A stretch of 32,000 bases of DNA from Ferroglobus placidus DSM 10642 (GTDB lineage Archaea > Halobacteriota > Archaeoglobi > Archaeoglobales > Archaeoglobaceae), in the NCBI RefSeq assembly GCF_000025505.1, contig NC_013849.1, forward strand, positions 330,001-362,000, given 5' to 3'. Within the stretch, counting starts at the first letter, position 1. The number at the start of each line of letters is the position of its first letter. The position numbers and the translations under genes are program-made. The notes beneath the pieces are model-generated. The model was given only the letters and a program-made list of their open reading frames with translations. It was not told where the DNA came from and searched no databases. This document shows positions 1-11,796 of the stretch, piece after piece.

Positions 1-1012
1 ATGAAACGAAGTCGAAAGCTTTCTCTTTGTCAAAGCCGATCATCAATCCAAATCCATCAGCTTCGAAACCGAGTTCGCTGAGTTTTTCCTTAAAAAACTC
101 TCCCATTCTCCTCGAATTTTCAACGAGTTTGTTTTTCTCTATGTACTCAATCGTCGCGAGAGCAGCAGTGCAAGCCAGCGGATTCCCGCCGAAGGTCGAT
201 CCGTGATCTCCAGCTTCAACTTTCTCTGCAACGTAATCCTTTACCCCAACAGCTCCCATCGGAAATCCGTTCGCTATTCCCTTCGCCATAGCAATTATGT
301 CCGGCTCAACGTTGTAGATGTCTTTGGCAAACCACTCTCCGGTTCTTCCGAAGCCAGTCTGAACTTCGTCGAACACTACAAGAAATCCGTACTTTTCTTT
401 CAGCTCGAATATCTCCTGAATGAATTCTTCCTTAGCGGGATAAACTCCAGCTTCTCCTTGAATAGCCTCGACAAAAACCGCCGCAACTTCTTCGCTCAAC
501 TTCTTCTTCAAATCCTCCACGTTGTTGAATTCGGCGAAAACAACCTCGCCTATCAACGGCTCGAAGGGTTTCCTGAACTTTTCCTTCCAAGTTAACGACA
601 GCGCCCCCATAGTTCTTCCGTGGAAGTTGCCAGTAAACGAAACGAGCCTTTTTCTTCCGGTAGCTTTTCTCGCAAGCTTAATTGCAGCCTCAACAGCCTC
701 AGTTCCGCTGTTGCAGAAAAAGAACTTGTCCATTCCGCTTACTTCCCTCAGCTTTTTCGCAAGCTCGATCTGGGGGAGAGTGTAGTAGAGGTTGGAAACG
801 TGAACGAGCTTCTCAAGCTGCTCTTTGACCCTTTCGATAAAGTATTTGTTGGAATGTCCTATCGAAACGCAGGCAATTCCTGCCACGAGATCCAAGTACT
901 TCTTTCCTCTCTCGTCGTATAGCCAGCAACCTTCCCCTTTTACGAATACGACTCTCTGCCGTTTGAAGAAGGGGATCAAAAGCTCTTTTTCGAGCTCGAA
1001 AATCTCACTCAT
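1..1012 (-). CDS. argD: class-III PLP aminotransferase, acetylornithine/LysW-lysine aminotransferase type (3' end runs off window)
   Basis: Absent from the ORF track because there is no stop in the window. My own minus-strand translation from ATG 1012..1010 stays open to position 2. It reads [55 protein letters not shown]...[18 protein letters not shown]...[13 protein letters not shown]...[16 protein letters not shown]...[11 protein letters not shown], the hallmark blocks of ArgD/LysJ-type aminotransferases. The start overlaps the guaA stop by 8 nt. ArgD versus LysJ cannot be separated by eye. Confidence 0.8.
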   Translation of the reverse strand, partial: MSEIFELEKELLIPFFKRQRVVFVKGEGCWLYDERGKKYLDLVAGIACVSIGHSNKYFIERVKEQLEKLVHVSNLYYTLPQIELAKKLREVSGMDKFFFCNSGTEAVEAAIKLARKATGRKRLVSFTGNFHGRTMGALSLTWKEKFRKPFEPLIGEVVFAEFNNVEDLKKKLSEEVAAVFVEAIQGEAGVYPAKEEFIQEIFELKEKYGFLVVFDEVQTGFGRTGEWFAKDIYNVEPDIIAMAKGIANGFPMGAVGVKDYVAEKVEAGDHGSTFGGNPLACTAALATIEYIEKNKLVENSRRMGEFFKEKLSELGFEADGFGLMIGFDKEKAFDFVS

Positions 1013-1911
1013 ACTCGATCGTCGCCGGAGGTTTAGGAGTTACGTCGTAAACGACTCTTACGACCTCCGGTATTTCGTTCGTAATCCTTAGAGCTATTCT
1101 TCTTAGCTTTTCGTAATCAAGCCTGAGGGGATCGGCTGTCATCCCATCTCTGCTTTCAACAGCTCTTACAGCAATTATGTATCCGTAAACCCTCACGTCT
1201 CCCTTTACTCCGGTAGCCTTCCCTATTAAAGCAGCAAAAGCCTGCCACTTCGGAACGTCTTTTAACTCCTCCTCAACTATCTTCGTGGCTTTTCTAACAA
1301 TTTCGACTTTTTCTGGAGTAACCTCTCCAACAACCCTCACAGCCAAGCCCGGTCCTGGGAAAGGCATTCTTTCGGAAATTTCCTCCGGCAAGCCGAGGTA
1401 TCTTGCAATTTCTCTCACTTCGTCCTTGTAAAGCTCTCTCAGCGGCTCGATCACTTTTTTGAACTTGTACTTCGTGGGAAAACCGCCGACGTTGTGGTGA
1501 CTCTTTATTCCTCCTTGACTCTCTATTATGTCCGGATAGATCGTTCCCTGAATAAGGTACTCTGCTCCCTTCTCTTCTGCAACCTTCTCGAATATTCTGA
1601 CGAAAAGCTCTCCCACAATCTTCCTCTTCTCCTCCGGATCGGTGACTCCTTTTAAAGCTTTGAAGAATTCGTCCCTCGCGTCTATGAACACGAGGTTCAT
1701 GTGACCGAAAACTTCCTTCACTCTCTCCGGTTCTCCTTCCCTCATCAGTCCAGTGTCGACGAAAACGGGAATTAGCCTGTCACCTATCGCTTTGTAAGCT
1801 AAAACTGCGCAGACCGAGCTATCCACTCCACCGGACAAAGCTATTATCGCCTTTCCATCCCCCACTTCTCTTTTTATTTCCTCAATTGCTTTTTTCACGA
1901 ATTCTTCGACG

Positions 1912-1919
<8 letters not shown>
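1005..1919 (-). CDS. guaA: GMP synthase, ATP-pyrophosphatase subunit B (stand-alone, archaeal type)
   Basis: 304-aa ORF with the PP-loop SGGVDSS near the N-terminus and a C-terminal ...[13 protein letters not shown] typical of the GMP synthase dimerisation domain. There is no glutamine amidotransferase domain. It overlaps both neighbours by 8 nt. Confidence 0.9.
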
Positions 1920-3503
<1,584 letters not shown>

Positions 3504-3507
<4 letters not shown>

Positions 3508-3692
3508 AGCTTGTCCCTCAGCTCAGGAGGAAGCAAATTCGGAATCCCCTCTTCAATCGGATACCTTTCGTTGCAGTTATCGCAGATGAGGAAACCTTCT
3601 AAAACCTCCTCTTCGTTTTCCTCCTTCACTTCGAGCCTCAAATCTCCTTTGCAAACCGGACATGCAAGAATGTCAAGCAGCTTTTTCCTCAT
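3504..3692 (-). CDS. Trm112-like zinc-ribbon protein (methyltransferase activator family)
   Basis: The track ORF is 130 aa, but its first 68 codons run into the purA 3' end and the intergenic region. The recognisable part starts at ATG 3692: [18 protein letters not shown]...[20 protein letters not shown] (CPxC...CxxC...YPI..GIPxLL). It overlaps the pyrG start by 4 nt. Confidence 0.7.
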
Positions 3693-3745
3693 AATCACAG
3701 CCTTTAAGAAAATCGAATAAAAATTTTGTTGTTCGGTTACATTTT

Positions 3746-4759
3746 TTAAAGCTTCTCTCTTCTCAAATCGATTATATGCTCGAGTTCTGGGCCAGTGGAA
3801 ATTAAAGTTACTGGCGTTTTTGTGTCTTCCTCTACTCTCTCGATGAACTCCTTCGCTTTTTTCGTCAGCTTCTCGTATTCGGTAACTCCGTAGCACTCTT
3901 TATCGAGCTTGTCTATTCCGGTTATCGCAACTTGCGTCGCTCCGTTGACCATAGCTGAGTATCTCGCCATCTCACCGTCCCACCAACCGACTCTTCTCTT
4001 CCTTCCAGTTACAGTTCCGTACTCGACGAGTCCAAGTCTCTCCGCTTCCTCTTCGCTCATTTCTGTCGGAAAAGGACCGGCTCCAACTCTCGTCGGGAAC
4101 GTTTTGAAAACAACAATAACGTCGTCAATCTTTGTTGGTCCAATACCAACATCTGCAGCCATTTGAGAGGCTGTCGTATCTTTGCTCGTGACGTACGGAT
4201 AAGTGCCGTAATATAGGCTTAATCCGAAACCTTGAGTCCCTTCGACTAAAACGAACTCACCTTTGTCTATTGCCTCGTTGACCTCGAGAGGAACGTCAGT
4301 AAGGAACGGTTTTAGCTCGGGCACGTCTTTTGCTTGCTTCGCGACTCTCATAACTCTGTCTGCATTTGCGGGTCCGCAGCCAGTACCAGTCGTGCCGATT
4401 TTTCCCCTTAAGTGGTCGCTCTTAGTGTCTGCTTCTATGTGCTTCCTCTCAATTATAGCACATCTATAATCCACGCCAGCCCTATTGGCTGCGTTGAGCA
4501 TTTCGACCTCTTTAAGGAAAACTTCCGGATTTACGAGGACGCCAGCACCTATCAGAAGTCTTGCCTCTTCGTAAACGAATCCTGAGGGAAGCATTCTTAC
4601 CCCGTATTTTTTCCCTTTGTACTCTACGGTATGCCCGGCATTCGGTCCGACTCCTCCTCTCGCTATTATTTTAGGCTTGTCGGAAAAAGCGATGTGGGCG
4701 ACAATTTTCCCTTTCCCTTCGTCTCCCCAAAATCCTCCTACAACTATCGCTACTCCCAT
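3746..4759 (-). CDS. purA: adenylosuccinate synthetase (short archaeal form)
   Basis: 337 aa with the N-terminal [12 protein letters not shown]-binding loop, GTTGTGCGP and a C-terminal TGRKRR(V)GW block. Confidence 0.9.
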   Translation of the reverse strand: MGVAIVVGGFWGDEGKGKIVAHIAFSDKPKIIARGGVGPNAGHTVEYKGKKYGVRMLPSGFVYEEARLLIGAGVLVNPEVFLKEVEMLNAANRAGVDYRCAIIERKHIEADTKSDHLRGKIGTTGTGCGPANADRVMRVAKQAKDVPELKPFLTDVPLEVNEAIDKGEFVLVEGTQGFGLSLYYGTYPYVTSKDTTASQMAADVGIGPTKIDDVIVVFKTFPTRVGAGPFPTEMSEEEAERLGLVEYGTVTGRKRRVGWWDGEMARYSAMVNGATQVAITGIDKLDKECYGVTEYEKLTKKAKEFIERVEEDTKTPVTLISTGPELEHIIDLRREKL

Positions 4760-4799
4760 AACAAATCCCCAAAAAGCTCTTCAAAAGGATATTTTAAAG

Positions 4800-5396
4800 T
4801 TACTTTAATTCACTCCCAAAGTCGGCAACGACCACCAATCTCTTTTTCGCTTCATCGTAAGCGACGCCTATTCCTATTTCCTCGTAAGCAGGGTGAAGCA
4901 AGTTCTCCTTATGCTTTTTACTCTCCATCCACCCGTTTACAACAACCTTCGACATGTTTATCGGATCGAGGTATTGCAATCTGTCGGCTTCGAATATGTT
5001 CTCTCCGGCGACGTAGTAGTTGTAACCTACTTCCTTCAACCTCTCGAATACGCTCTCACCTTCCGGAGAGTAGTGGCTTAGGTAGTTCCTTTCTATCATA
5101 TCTTCCGCGTGTCTTTGAGCGGCTAACTCAAGCTTCTCGTCTCTTTCAAGTTTACCAACACTGTTGTTCATTCTGACCGCGTTTATCAGCAAGTAAACGT
5201 TCTCTCTCAGCTTTTCGACGTTCTCCTCCTCGACATAGTAATCCTTCTTCGCGTAAACTAATTTTGGTTCGGGAAAAGAAAACACTTCAGAAAGCTTATC
5301 GAATATTGAAAAGTCCGATATGGCGATCGAGATGCTGTTCGATACTATTAACGAGGCGAGGAGTAGAGGGATCCAGACGTATTTCCTTATCATCAT
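4800..5396 (-). CDS. secreted/membrane-anchored CAP (SCP/PR-1, YkwD-like) domain protein
   Basis: 198 aa with an N-terminal hydrophobic segment (WIPLLLASLIV). The CAP-domain pattern is present: AAQRHAEDM...YLSHYSPEG...GENIF...VVNGWMESKKHKENLL...YEEIGIGVA. Confidence 0.75.
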   Translation of the reverse strand: MMIRKYVWIPLLLASLIVSNSISIAISDFSIFDKLSEVFSFPEPKLVYAKKDYYVEEENVEKLRENVYLLINAVRMNNSVGKLERDEKLELAAQRHAEDMIERNYLSHYSPEGESVFERLKEVGYNYYVAGENIFEADRLQYLDPINMSKVVVNGWMESKKHKENLLHPAYEEIGIGVAYDEAKKRLVVVADFGSELK

Positions 5397-5557
5397 GATA
5401 GTAATAGTCTGATAGGGAAGTATATAACTCTTTTGCTTGAAAAGATAAACAAATTCTAACCTTTAAAAATTGAACGGATGTGTAAACGTTGTTAAGTTTT
5501 GATTGCGATGTCAAAAGAGCACAACCTTTTAGTAAGGCTGAAAATTAAACGGGGAAG

Positions 5558-6295
5558 ATGATTGACGAAGTCATAGAAGAGTGTTCGAACATCCTCGCTG
5601 GAAGGAGTGTTGTTAGCGAGTGGGAAATTGAGAGAGTTGCGAGAAGAGCTATTTTAAGAGTTCTCGGAAGCGAAGCTATCGGAAAAAACTTCGATGAGGT
5701 TGTGAATGAAGTAAAGAGCAGCTTTTTAAACGAGCCGATAAGCGTTAAGAGCTTGCATTTCTCCGAATGCTTCGAATTAAACGGAGAGAAATTTTATCAC
5801 TTACACGTCTGCAAACCGGAGAGTGACGAGATTAGCTTTGCTTACGAGGAGATGCTTAAGTCTAAAAGATACGTCAAAGCGATTGGAGAAGTGAAAGACC
5901 TGTTCGTTAAATTCTTTGAAGGGTACTCGTCGAAGGATGGGTTTATTCAGGAATTTCTCGGAAAAAACAAGTACGCCGTGAGCGTGTTCTTGATAGAGGA
6001 CGTTGGTGAAGATTTGGAGTATCATAAAAAAATTGCTGAGAAATACGATGGGGAGTATGCCGTTGTAGCTTTAACCGAGAAGGACATCTTCCCGTTTTTG
6101 AGGTTCTTCAAGAGGCATTCTGAAGAGGTTAAAAAGTCCGGTTTCTACATCTGGGTGGCTGACGAGGAGAGAAAGTACATCGACCCATTCATAGGTTATC
6201 CGAAGGACGTAAAGCTCTGGAAGAAATTTAAAAATCCAAAGGCTGCGAGCATAGTAAACTCGTTATGGAGGGTAAAAGTGGAAGAAATAGATTAA
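5558..6295 (+). CDS. hypothetical protein
   Basis: 245-aa ORF with an ATG preceded by GGGGAAG, and coding-like composition matching its neighbours. I recognise no motif. Confidence 0.6.
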   Translation: MIDEVIEECSNILAGRSVVSEWEIERVARRAILRVLGSEAIGKNFDEVVNEVKSSFLNEPISVKSLHFSECFELNGEKFYHLHVCKPESDEISFAYEEMLKSKRYVKAIGEVKDLFVKFFEGYSSKDGFIQEFLGKNKYAVSVFLIEDVGEDLEYHKKIAEKYDGEYAVVALTEKDIFPFLRFFKRHSEEVKKSGFYIWVADEERKYIDPFIGYPKDVKLWKKFKNPKAASIVNSLWRVKVEEID

Positions 6296-7296
6296 TCCAC
6301 GTCTATTCCCTTAATCCACGGCATCATCTTTCTGAGCTCCTTCCCAACCTTTTCTATCGGGTGGTTTCTTTCCATTTCAAGGAGCTTGTAAAAGCTCGGT
6401 CTCCCAGCCATGTTTTCCAATATCCACTCCCTCGCAAATTCTCCGGTCTGGATTTCCTTCAAAATCTTTCTCATCTCCTCCTTCACTCTTTCGTTTATTA
6501 TCCTCTTTCCCCTCGTCATTCCGCCGTATTTAGCGGTGTCGCTAACCGAATACCACATGGCGTAAATTCCTCCCTCGTAGATTAGGTCGACGATGAGCTT
6601 TAACTCGTGTAAAGCTTCGAAGTAAGCAACTTCCGGCTGGTATCCGGCTTCAACGAGAATTTCGAAGGTTGCCTTGATAAGTTCAGCAACTCCTCCGCAG
6701 AGATCCACCTGCTCTCCGAAGAGGTCTGTTTCGGTCTCTTCTTTAAAAGTCGTCTCTATAACTCCCGCTCTCGTGCAGCCAAGTCCCTTCGCGTAGGCTA
6801 AAGCGTAATCCAAAGCTTTTCCGCTGTAATCTTGGTGAACAGCCACCAAAGCTGGAACTCCTTTTCCTTCCTCGAACATTCTCCTCACGAGGTGTCCGGG
6901 GCTTTTCGGAGCAACTAAAACGACATCAACGTAACTCGGCGGGATTATCTGGTTGTAATGGATGTTGAAGCCGTGGGCGAAAAGCAGAACGCTTCCTTCC
7001 TTCAAATTATCCCTTATGTACTTGTTGTAAACAGCCGGCTGCACCGTGTCTGGAATCAGCATCGAAACGAAGTCGCTTTTCTTAACAGCCTCGCTCACCT
7101 CGTAAACTTCGAAACCGTCCTTCTCAGCTTTTTTCCAGCTTTTACTTCCTCTGTAGAGTCCCACAATAACGTCAACGCCAGAATCTCTTAAATTTAGGGC
7201 ATGCGCGTGCCCTTGGCTTCCGTAGCCGATAACAGCCACCTTTCTATCCTTTAGATGCTCGAGCTTCGCATCTTTGTCGTAGTAGATCTTCGCCAT
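6292..7296 (-). CDS. ilvC: ketol-acid reductoisomerase (class I)
   Basis: 334 aa. [10 protein letters not shown]..., Rossmann motif [19 protein letters not shown], and LFGEQ..LCGG. Confidence 0.95.
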   Translation of the reverse strand: MAKIYYDKDAKLEHLKDRKVAVIGYGSQGHAHALNLRDSGVDVIVGLYRGSKSWKKAEKDGFEVYEVSEAVKKSDFVSMLIPDTVQPAVYNKYIRDNLKEGSVLLFAHGFNIHYNQIIPPSYVDVVLVAPKSPGHLVRRMFEEGKGVPALVAVHQDYSGKALDYALAYAKGLGCTRAGVIETTFKEETETDLFGEQVDLCGGVAELIKATFEILVEAGYQPEVAYFEALHELKLIVDLIYEGGIYAMWYSVSDTAKYGGMTRGKRIINERVKEEMRKILKEIQTGEFAREWILENMAGRPSFYKLLEMERNHPIEKVGKELRKMMPWIKGIDVD

Positions 7297-7316
7297 GGTT
7301 TAAAGAAGTGAAAGCT

Positions 7317-7326
7317 AAAATATATA
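7317..7326. promoter_or_regulatory. shared TATA-like box for divergent ilvC and the HTH/Zn-ribbon gene
   Basis: AAAATATATA lies ~26 nt from the ilvC ATG (7296, minus) and ~28 nt from ATG 7350 (plus). This is the expected archaeal TATA-to-start distance for leaderless or short-leader mRNAs. Confidence 0.4.
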
Positions 7327-7349
7327 GTTTCCTGAAAGCACTTGGTCGT

Positions 7350-7631
7350 ATGGAAAGGAGCTTGAGGGAGAGAATAATCGACCTTCTGAAAGAAAAGGAA
7401 ATGAGCGTAACGGAAATTTGCAGAGAGCTCGATCTGGAGCCTGAGAGGGCGAAAGAAATTTACAAAATCATTACGACTCTTCCGAAAATTCTCAAAAGGA
7501 AAGGAATGCAACTTTTCATGCTTCCGCCGAAGTGCATGAGCTGCGGGTTTGAGTTCGAAAATCCCAAGCCGAGCAAATGTCCGAAGTGTAAAGGGGAAAG
7601 AATAAGTGAGGCGAGGTTCAAAATAGTTTAG
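7350..7631 (+). CDS. putative transcriptional regulator, wHTH fused to C-terminal zinc ribbon
   Basis: The track ORF starts at 7308. I prefer ATG 7350 (MERSLRERIIDLLKEKEMSVTEICRELDL...) because the TATA-like box lies inside the longer version. The C-terminus has CMSCG...CPKCKG. Confidence 0.6.
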   Translation: MERSLRERIIDLLKEKEMSVTEICRELDLEPERAKEIYKIITTLPKILKRKGMQLFMLPPKCMSCGFEFENPKPSKCPKCKGERISEARFKIV

Positions 7632-8732
7632 ATGGAGCTGGCGATAAACCCGAGCAAAATCATTAGCACTCTCTGCTACTCCATTTTCAGGCTCGAGCCT
7701 TACACTTCCTGCTCCTTCTCCTGCTCCTACTGCTACGCGAGGTGGTATAGAGAGGAGAGACTCGGAGTTAATCGAAAAGTCGTCGGCATTTTCTCTAAAG
7801 TTGCCAGAAAACTTGATAGAAGAATTGCTTTCAGACTTGCAACACTTTCAGACCCGCTTCAGGATTTGGAGGAGAAAGCGAAGCTCTCTTTAAAGCTTAT
7901 GAGGATCGCCGAAGAAAACGAGGTTCCGATCGTTCTCAACACCAAATCCGACAGAATTTCCAAGAATCCTTGGAGGGAGCAGATAAACAGAATGGCGAAA
8001 AATAATTTGATAGTCGTACAGGTTTCGATAAGCTCGCTGAAAAATTTTGAATTCGAGAAAAAGGCTCCGAAAGCTGAAAAGAGGCTTGAAGCTCTATCTT
8101 CGATTGAAGCTCCGAGAATCGTCAGGCTTCAACCTTTTCTGCCGAATTACTCCTTTGATGAGGCTGAGGAGTTCGTTGAGAAGCTAAAAGATTATGGTGT
8201 CGACCAGCTTACCGTCGAAATGCTCAGGATTGTGAAAAGCGAGCTTTCAGCTTACAAAAAATACTGGGATAGGTGGAATGATTACTCTTTCGAAGGGGAT
8301 CTGATAAAAGCTGAAGCTCCGGAGAAGCTTGAGGAGCTGAGTAATGCTTGCAAAAAGTACGGCATCGATTTCGCTTTATGTAAAGAAGGCTTATTCAATC
8401 TCGAAACAGCCAACTGCTGCGGATTTCACTACTTAGACGCTGAAATAAGACCGACGCTAAGAGAAGTTTACAGAGAGCTTTTGAAAAGGAAGAAAATTAG
8501 GTTCGAAGAGTTGAACGAAATTTTCAAAGATTACCTTTTCGGAGAGAAGCTGAACTCTCTTCCGAGACTCGTGAGAAAAGCTTTGAAATACCACGAGAAG
8601 ACGTTGATCAGGAATTTGAAGAAGAAGGAGGTAGTTGAAAGGTTGACGCCTCTCGTGAAGGTTGAAGACAACGCTTTAATTCTCTCCAAATACGCACAAA
8701 GTATTCAAAGGGAAGATTCCAATACTGTATGA
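7632..8732 (+). CDS. radical SAM protein (SplB/DNA-photolyase-like COG1533 type)
   Basis: 366 aa with the CX3CX2C cluster motif CSFSCSYCYARW near the N-terminus. The ATG directly follows the upstream stop. Confidence 0.7.
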   Translation: MELAINPSKIISTLCYSIFRLEPYTSCSFSCSYCYARWYREERLGVNRKVVGIFSKVARKLDRRIAFRLATLSDPLQDLEEKAKLSLKLMRIAEENEVPIVLNTKSDRISKNPWREQINRMAKNNLIVVQVSISSLKNFEFEKKAPKAEKRLEALSSIEAPRIVRLQPFLPNYSFDEAEEFVEKLKDYGVDQLTVEMLRIVKSELSAYKKYWDRWNDYSFEGDLIKAEAPEKLEELSNACKKYGIDFALCKEGLFNLETANCCGFHYLDAEIRPTLREVYRELLKRKKIRFEELNEIFKDYLFGEKLNSLPRLVRKALKYHEKTLIRNLKKKEVVERLTPLVKVEDNALILSKYAQSIQREDSNTV

Positions 8733-9919
8733 TGTTCTACAAAGCTGTTAGAACGGACAAATGCGTGGGCTGTAATTTCTGCCGGAATTACGTTTGTCAA
8801 TCTGAAGAGTGCGTAGGCTGTAAAGCCTGCTACTTAGCATGTCCCAACGAAGCCGTGAAGCTTGAGGAGGTTGAGAAAAAGGAAGAAATAAACGTGGTTG
8901 TCGACGGGGAGAAATTTTCCGTTCCGGCTGGAGTAACTGTGAAGAAAGCTCTCGAAATTTTGGGGTACAAATTTTCGAAATACCCCGAAAAGAATGCGAT
9001 TTTCGCTCCCTGCGAAGTGGGAGGATGCTGGAGCTGTGCAGTTGAAATAAATGGTGAGCTTAAGCAGAGCTGCGTCACTCCGGTAAGGGAAGGAATGGTG
9101 GTAAAAACAGACGTTAAAAGATTGCTTAGAGCCGTCCACGGCTTTAGCGGACATCCGGTTGGAGGAGTAGGCACTCCCTGGTGGATAAAAGGGAGGAGGT
9201 ATATAGAAGCAGCTTGTTTCGCTTGCGGCTGCAACCTGCGTTGTCCTCAGTGTCAGAACTGGACAACCACGTACTGCGGAAAAGAAAAGCCTCTTACGCC
9301 GAGAGAAGCTGCTATGAAAATGACCGCTTTGAGAAGATCCATTGAAGTTGATAGAATGGCGATCTCCGGCGGAGAGTGCACGTTAAACAGAGAGTGGCTC
9401 GTAAGCTATGTAAAAGAGTTGAAAAATCTCAACAGAGACGAAAAAGCGAGAATACACATAGACACCAACGCAACAATTCTAACCGAGGATTACTTGGAAG
9501 AGCTCGTTGAAGCTGGGATGACGGATATAGGCATAGATATCAAAGCTTTGAAGCTTGAAACGTTCGAGAAGATTACCGGAGTTGGGGGAGAACTCGGGAA
9601 GAAGTACTTGAAAACGTCCTGGAGAGCTTTAAAGCGTGCTTTGAATTACGACATCTTCGTCGGAGTTGGAATCCCCTACAATCCCGAGCTTATCTCTCTG
9701 GAGGAGGTTAGGAAAATAGGGGAAAAGATAGCAAAGATGAGCGACGAAGTTCAGGTCTGCGCCCTCGATTACCGAGCCGAGTTCAGGAGCAAAATAAGGA
9801 GACCGAGCTTTGAGGAGATGTTCAGAGTCTGGAAAACTTTGAAAGAGGTCGGTTTGAAAAACGTGATTTGCCAAACTTCCGTAGGATACATTAACCCTTA
9901 CGGAGAACTTTATCCTTGA
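8729..9919 (+). CDS. multi-cluster Fe-S radical SAM protein (ferredoxin-like N-terminus + radical SAM core)
   Basis: 396 aa. The N-terminus has CVGCNFC...CVGCKACYLACP (4Fe-4S ferredoxin-type), followed by a 2Fe-2S-like CEVGGCWSC block and then CGCNLRCPQCQNW (CX3CX2C). ATGA overlap with the upstream radical SAM gene. Confidence 0.7.
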   Translation: MMFYKAVRTDKCVGCNFCRNYVCQSEECVGCKACYLACPNEAVKLEEVEKKEEINVVVDGEKFSVPAGVTVKKALEILGYKFSKYPEKNAIFAPCEVGGCWSCAVEINGELKQSCVTPVREGMVVKTDVKRLLRAVHGFSGHPVGGVGTPWWIKGRRYIEAACFACGCNLRCPQCQNWTTTYCGKEKPLTPREAAMKMTALRRSIEVDRMAISGGECTLNREWLVSYVKELKNLNRDEKARIHIDTNATILTEDYLEELVEAGMTDIGIDIKALKLETFEKITGVGGELGKKYLKTSWRALKRALNYDIFVGVGIPYNPELISLEEVRKIGEKIAKMSDEVQVCALDYRAEFRSKIRRPSFEEMFRVWKTLKEVGLKNVICQTSVGYINPYGELYP

Positions 9920-11355
9920 GCCTTAACGACCTTTTTCATATCTTCTATCGTTATCTCAGCGAGGTTTTCGAAGTTTATCAGAAAATCCTTTAAGCTCTCC
10001 GCAATGCTTACGTAACTCGCTTTCATATCCTCCGAAATTATTCCGAGCTCGCAGCACCTCTCAAGGGACTCTCTGTCTATTACCTCTACTTTCTCGTTAG
10101 TAGCGACAACGTCTATTTCCACGTCAACGTACCTGATTGCATTCCTCGAAATCTCCGGAGGAGTGTTAAGGTTTACGTAAACTCCTTTGAACTCTCCCTC
10201 CCTTCCGAAGTACTTGTGGAGGACGAGAGGAAGCTTGGTGGAGAACTCCATCAAATCGTAATCTCCCGGATTCTTTTCAACGTTTAACCCATCGTAAATT
10301 CCCCTGCTTCTGAAAACTCTTCTCATTCTGAACGAATCTTCGTTAGCTTCTACAACCTTCCCCGGCGTGAGTCTTTTCACTTCTCCGCTAAGCAGAGAAA
10401 CGTGTTCGATGCTTACCAAGCTCTGCTCTCTCATCAGAGATGCCACGTAACTTTCTACGGCTTTCGAAATCCTTTCTCTGTCTCCGATGCCGTGAGATAG
10501 AATGTGCTCAGCCAGATCAACCACTTCGCTCTCGTTCATCGATTTTAAGGAGTGGTGCCCTTCAATAGTGGGAAGAACGCTCGCTCTTGTATCATCTAAC
10601 CTCTTTTTAGCCTCTCTTCCGAAACAGAGAATCGAGAAGAATTCACCCTCGTAAACGATTTCTCCAACTTCAGCCTCCTCCCCCTTTTCTACGATCTCTT
10701 CAGCTTTTTCATACGTTTCCTTGAGATCCTTTATCATTTCGCTGAATTCACCGATTGCAGCTGAAGACCTCCACTTCACGCTCCAATCTCTGACATCTGC
10801 GAGAGCCGAAAGTCTAAGCAAATCAGACTTCAGACTCCTGTTTGCTATGTGCTTGCTGAAAATCACTTTCTTTCCAGCGCCTTTTATCAGAGCCACGAAT
10901 TTTCCGTAAATTGTGTAGTTCGTCGAAAGCTTGGCGTAATCTTCGTGTGGTAGGAAAGGTCTCGAAACGTCGACGAGAATTTCGCTTCCCTCCTTCACTT
11001 CTTCGTCCAAAATTCCCTTGTACTCTCCGAGATCCACTACGGACTTACCCTTTTCAGCTTTGACAACTTTTCCTTTAATTATCGCATGTAGAGGAAGCTT
11101 CGAAGTCCAAGAAAAAGCTCTTTCGACCCTCTTTTTTAGAACCTCGTGAACTTTTTTCCCGTGCTCGTATTCTCCCACAATAACAACTCCGTGCTTTTGC
11201 TCGGTATCCTTTACCGTCACTGTCGGAGGTTCTCTGTTTTCCGGAAGATTAAATCGCTCTCTAATCTTTTTCGAGCTGTGGGAAACTTCCAAGCCTTCTT
11301 CGAGCAGAATTTTTGTTATCGCCGTCGAATATATCCCTCTAACTCTTACTCGCAT
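9910..11355 (-). CDS. FAU-1-like RNA-binding protein / probable ribonuclease (DUF402-containing)
   Basis: The track ORF starts at 11400. I prefer ATG 11355 (MRVRVRGIYSTAITKILLEEGLEV...), the N-terminus I recall for the archaeal FAU-1 family. That start also sits 27 nt from the central A/T box. Confidence 0.6.
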   Translation of the reverse strand: MRVRVRGIYSTAITKILLEEGLEVSHSSKKIRERFNLPENREPPTVTVKDTEQKHGVVIVGEYEHGKKVHEVLKKRVERAFSWTSKLPLHAIIKGKVVKAEKGKSVVDLGEYKGILDEEVKEGSEILVDVSRPFLPHEDYAKLSTNYTIYGKFVALIKGAGKKVIFSKHIANRSLKSDLLRLSALADVRDWSVKWRSSAAIGEFSEMIKDLKETYEKAEEIVEKGEEAEVGEIVYEGEFFSILCFGREAKKRLDDTRASVLPTIEGHHSLKSMNESEVVDLAEHILSHGIGDRERISKAVESYVASLMREQSLVSIEHVSLLSGEVKRLTPGKVVEANEDSFRMRRVFRSRGIYDGLNVEKNPGDYDLMEFSTKLPLVLHKYFGREGEFKGVYVNLNTPPEISRNAIRYVDVEIDVVATNEKVEVIDRESLERCCELGIISEDMKASYVSIAESLKDFLINFENLAEITIEDMKKVVKAQG

Positions 11356-11373
11356 CCACTTTAACCTGACAAC

Positions 11374-11390
11374 ATAAAATTTTAAAATTT
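11374..11390. promoter_or_regulatory. shared A/T box for the divergent FAU-1-like and DsrE-like genes
   Basis: ATAAAATTTTAAAATTT is centred at ~11382, 27 nt from ATG 11355 (minus) and 27 nt from ATG 11409 (plus). Confidence 0.4.
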
Positions 11391-11408
11391 CTCCCAACAT
11401 TTTGTGGC

Positions 11409-11738
11409 ATGCCGAAATTGCTGGTCATAATTTCGAGCGGAAAAGAGGCTAAGGAAAAAGCGAAAACCGGAGTTCTTTTTGCGGCAAATTCGATAAAGTT
11501 CGGCTGGGCTGAAAAGGTTGAGGTCGTATTCTTCGGGGCAAGCGAAGAGATGCTTGCTGAAGATGAAGAATTCAGACAGATGGTCGTGGACTCTTTCAAG
11601 GACTACAAACCCCTCGCATGTAGGTTTATTGCTGAAAGCAAAGGAATTTCCGACAAACTCGATTTCGTGCGAGTGGAATACGTCGGAAAGATAATAAACG
11701 AGCTCATAGACGAAGGCTTCGTTCCGCTGGTTTTTTGA
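11409..11738 (+). CDS. small DsrE/DsrF-like fold protein (tentative)
   Basis: 109 aa. MPKLLVIISSGKE..., with the alternating beta-alpha pattern of the DsrE-like family. The assignment is from general resemblance only. Confidence 0.45.
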   Translation: MPKLLVIISSGKEAKEKAKTGVLFAANSIKFGWAEKVEVVFFGASEEMLAEDEEFRQMVVDSFKDYKPLACRFIAESKGISDKLDFVRVEYVGKIINELIDEGFVPLVF

Positions 11739-11796
11739 AAGCACATCTGAGAGTAGTATATTTCACTAAATATTTTAATATTGATTAATTAAATTA

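Noticed and set aside
203-1091. Four + strand ORFs (130, 87, 100 and 88 aa) at the left edge
   Set aside because: They are antisense to a continuous, strongly recognisable class-III aminotransferase frame on the minus strand. Their products are low-complexity and Ser/Leu/Phe-rich.
3693-3896. N-terminal 68 codons of the 130-aa track ORF upstream of the Trm112-like core
   Set aside because: This stretch overlaps the purA 3' end in another frame and has an Arg/His-rich, non-protein-like sequence. The conserved Trm112 pattern starts at ATG 3692.
5393-5420. Possible C/D-box sRNA (ATGATA ... CTGA) in the 5397..5557 intergenic region
   Set aside because: The C box is imperfect, the box spacing is only 7 nt, and there is no C'/D' pair or terminal stem.
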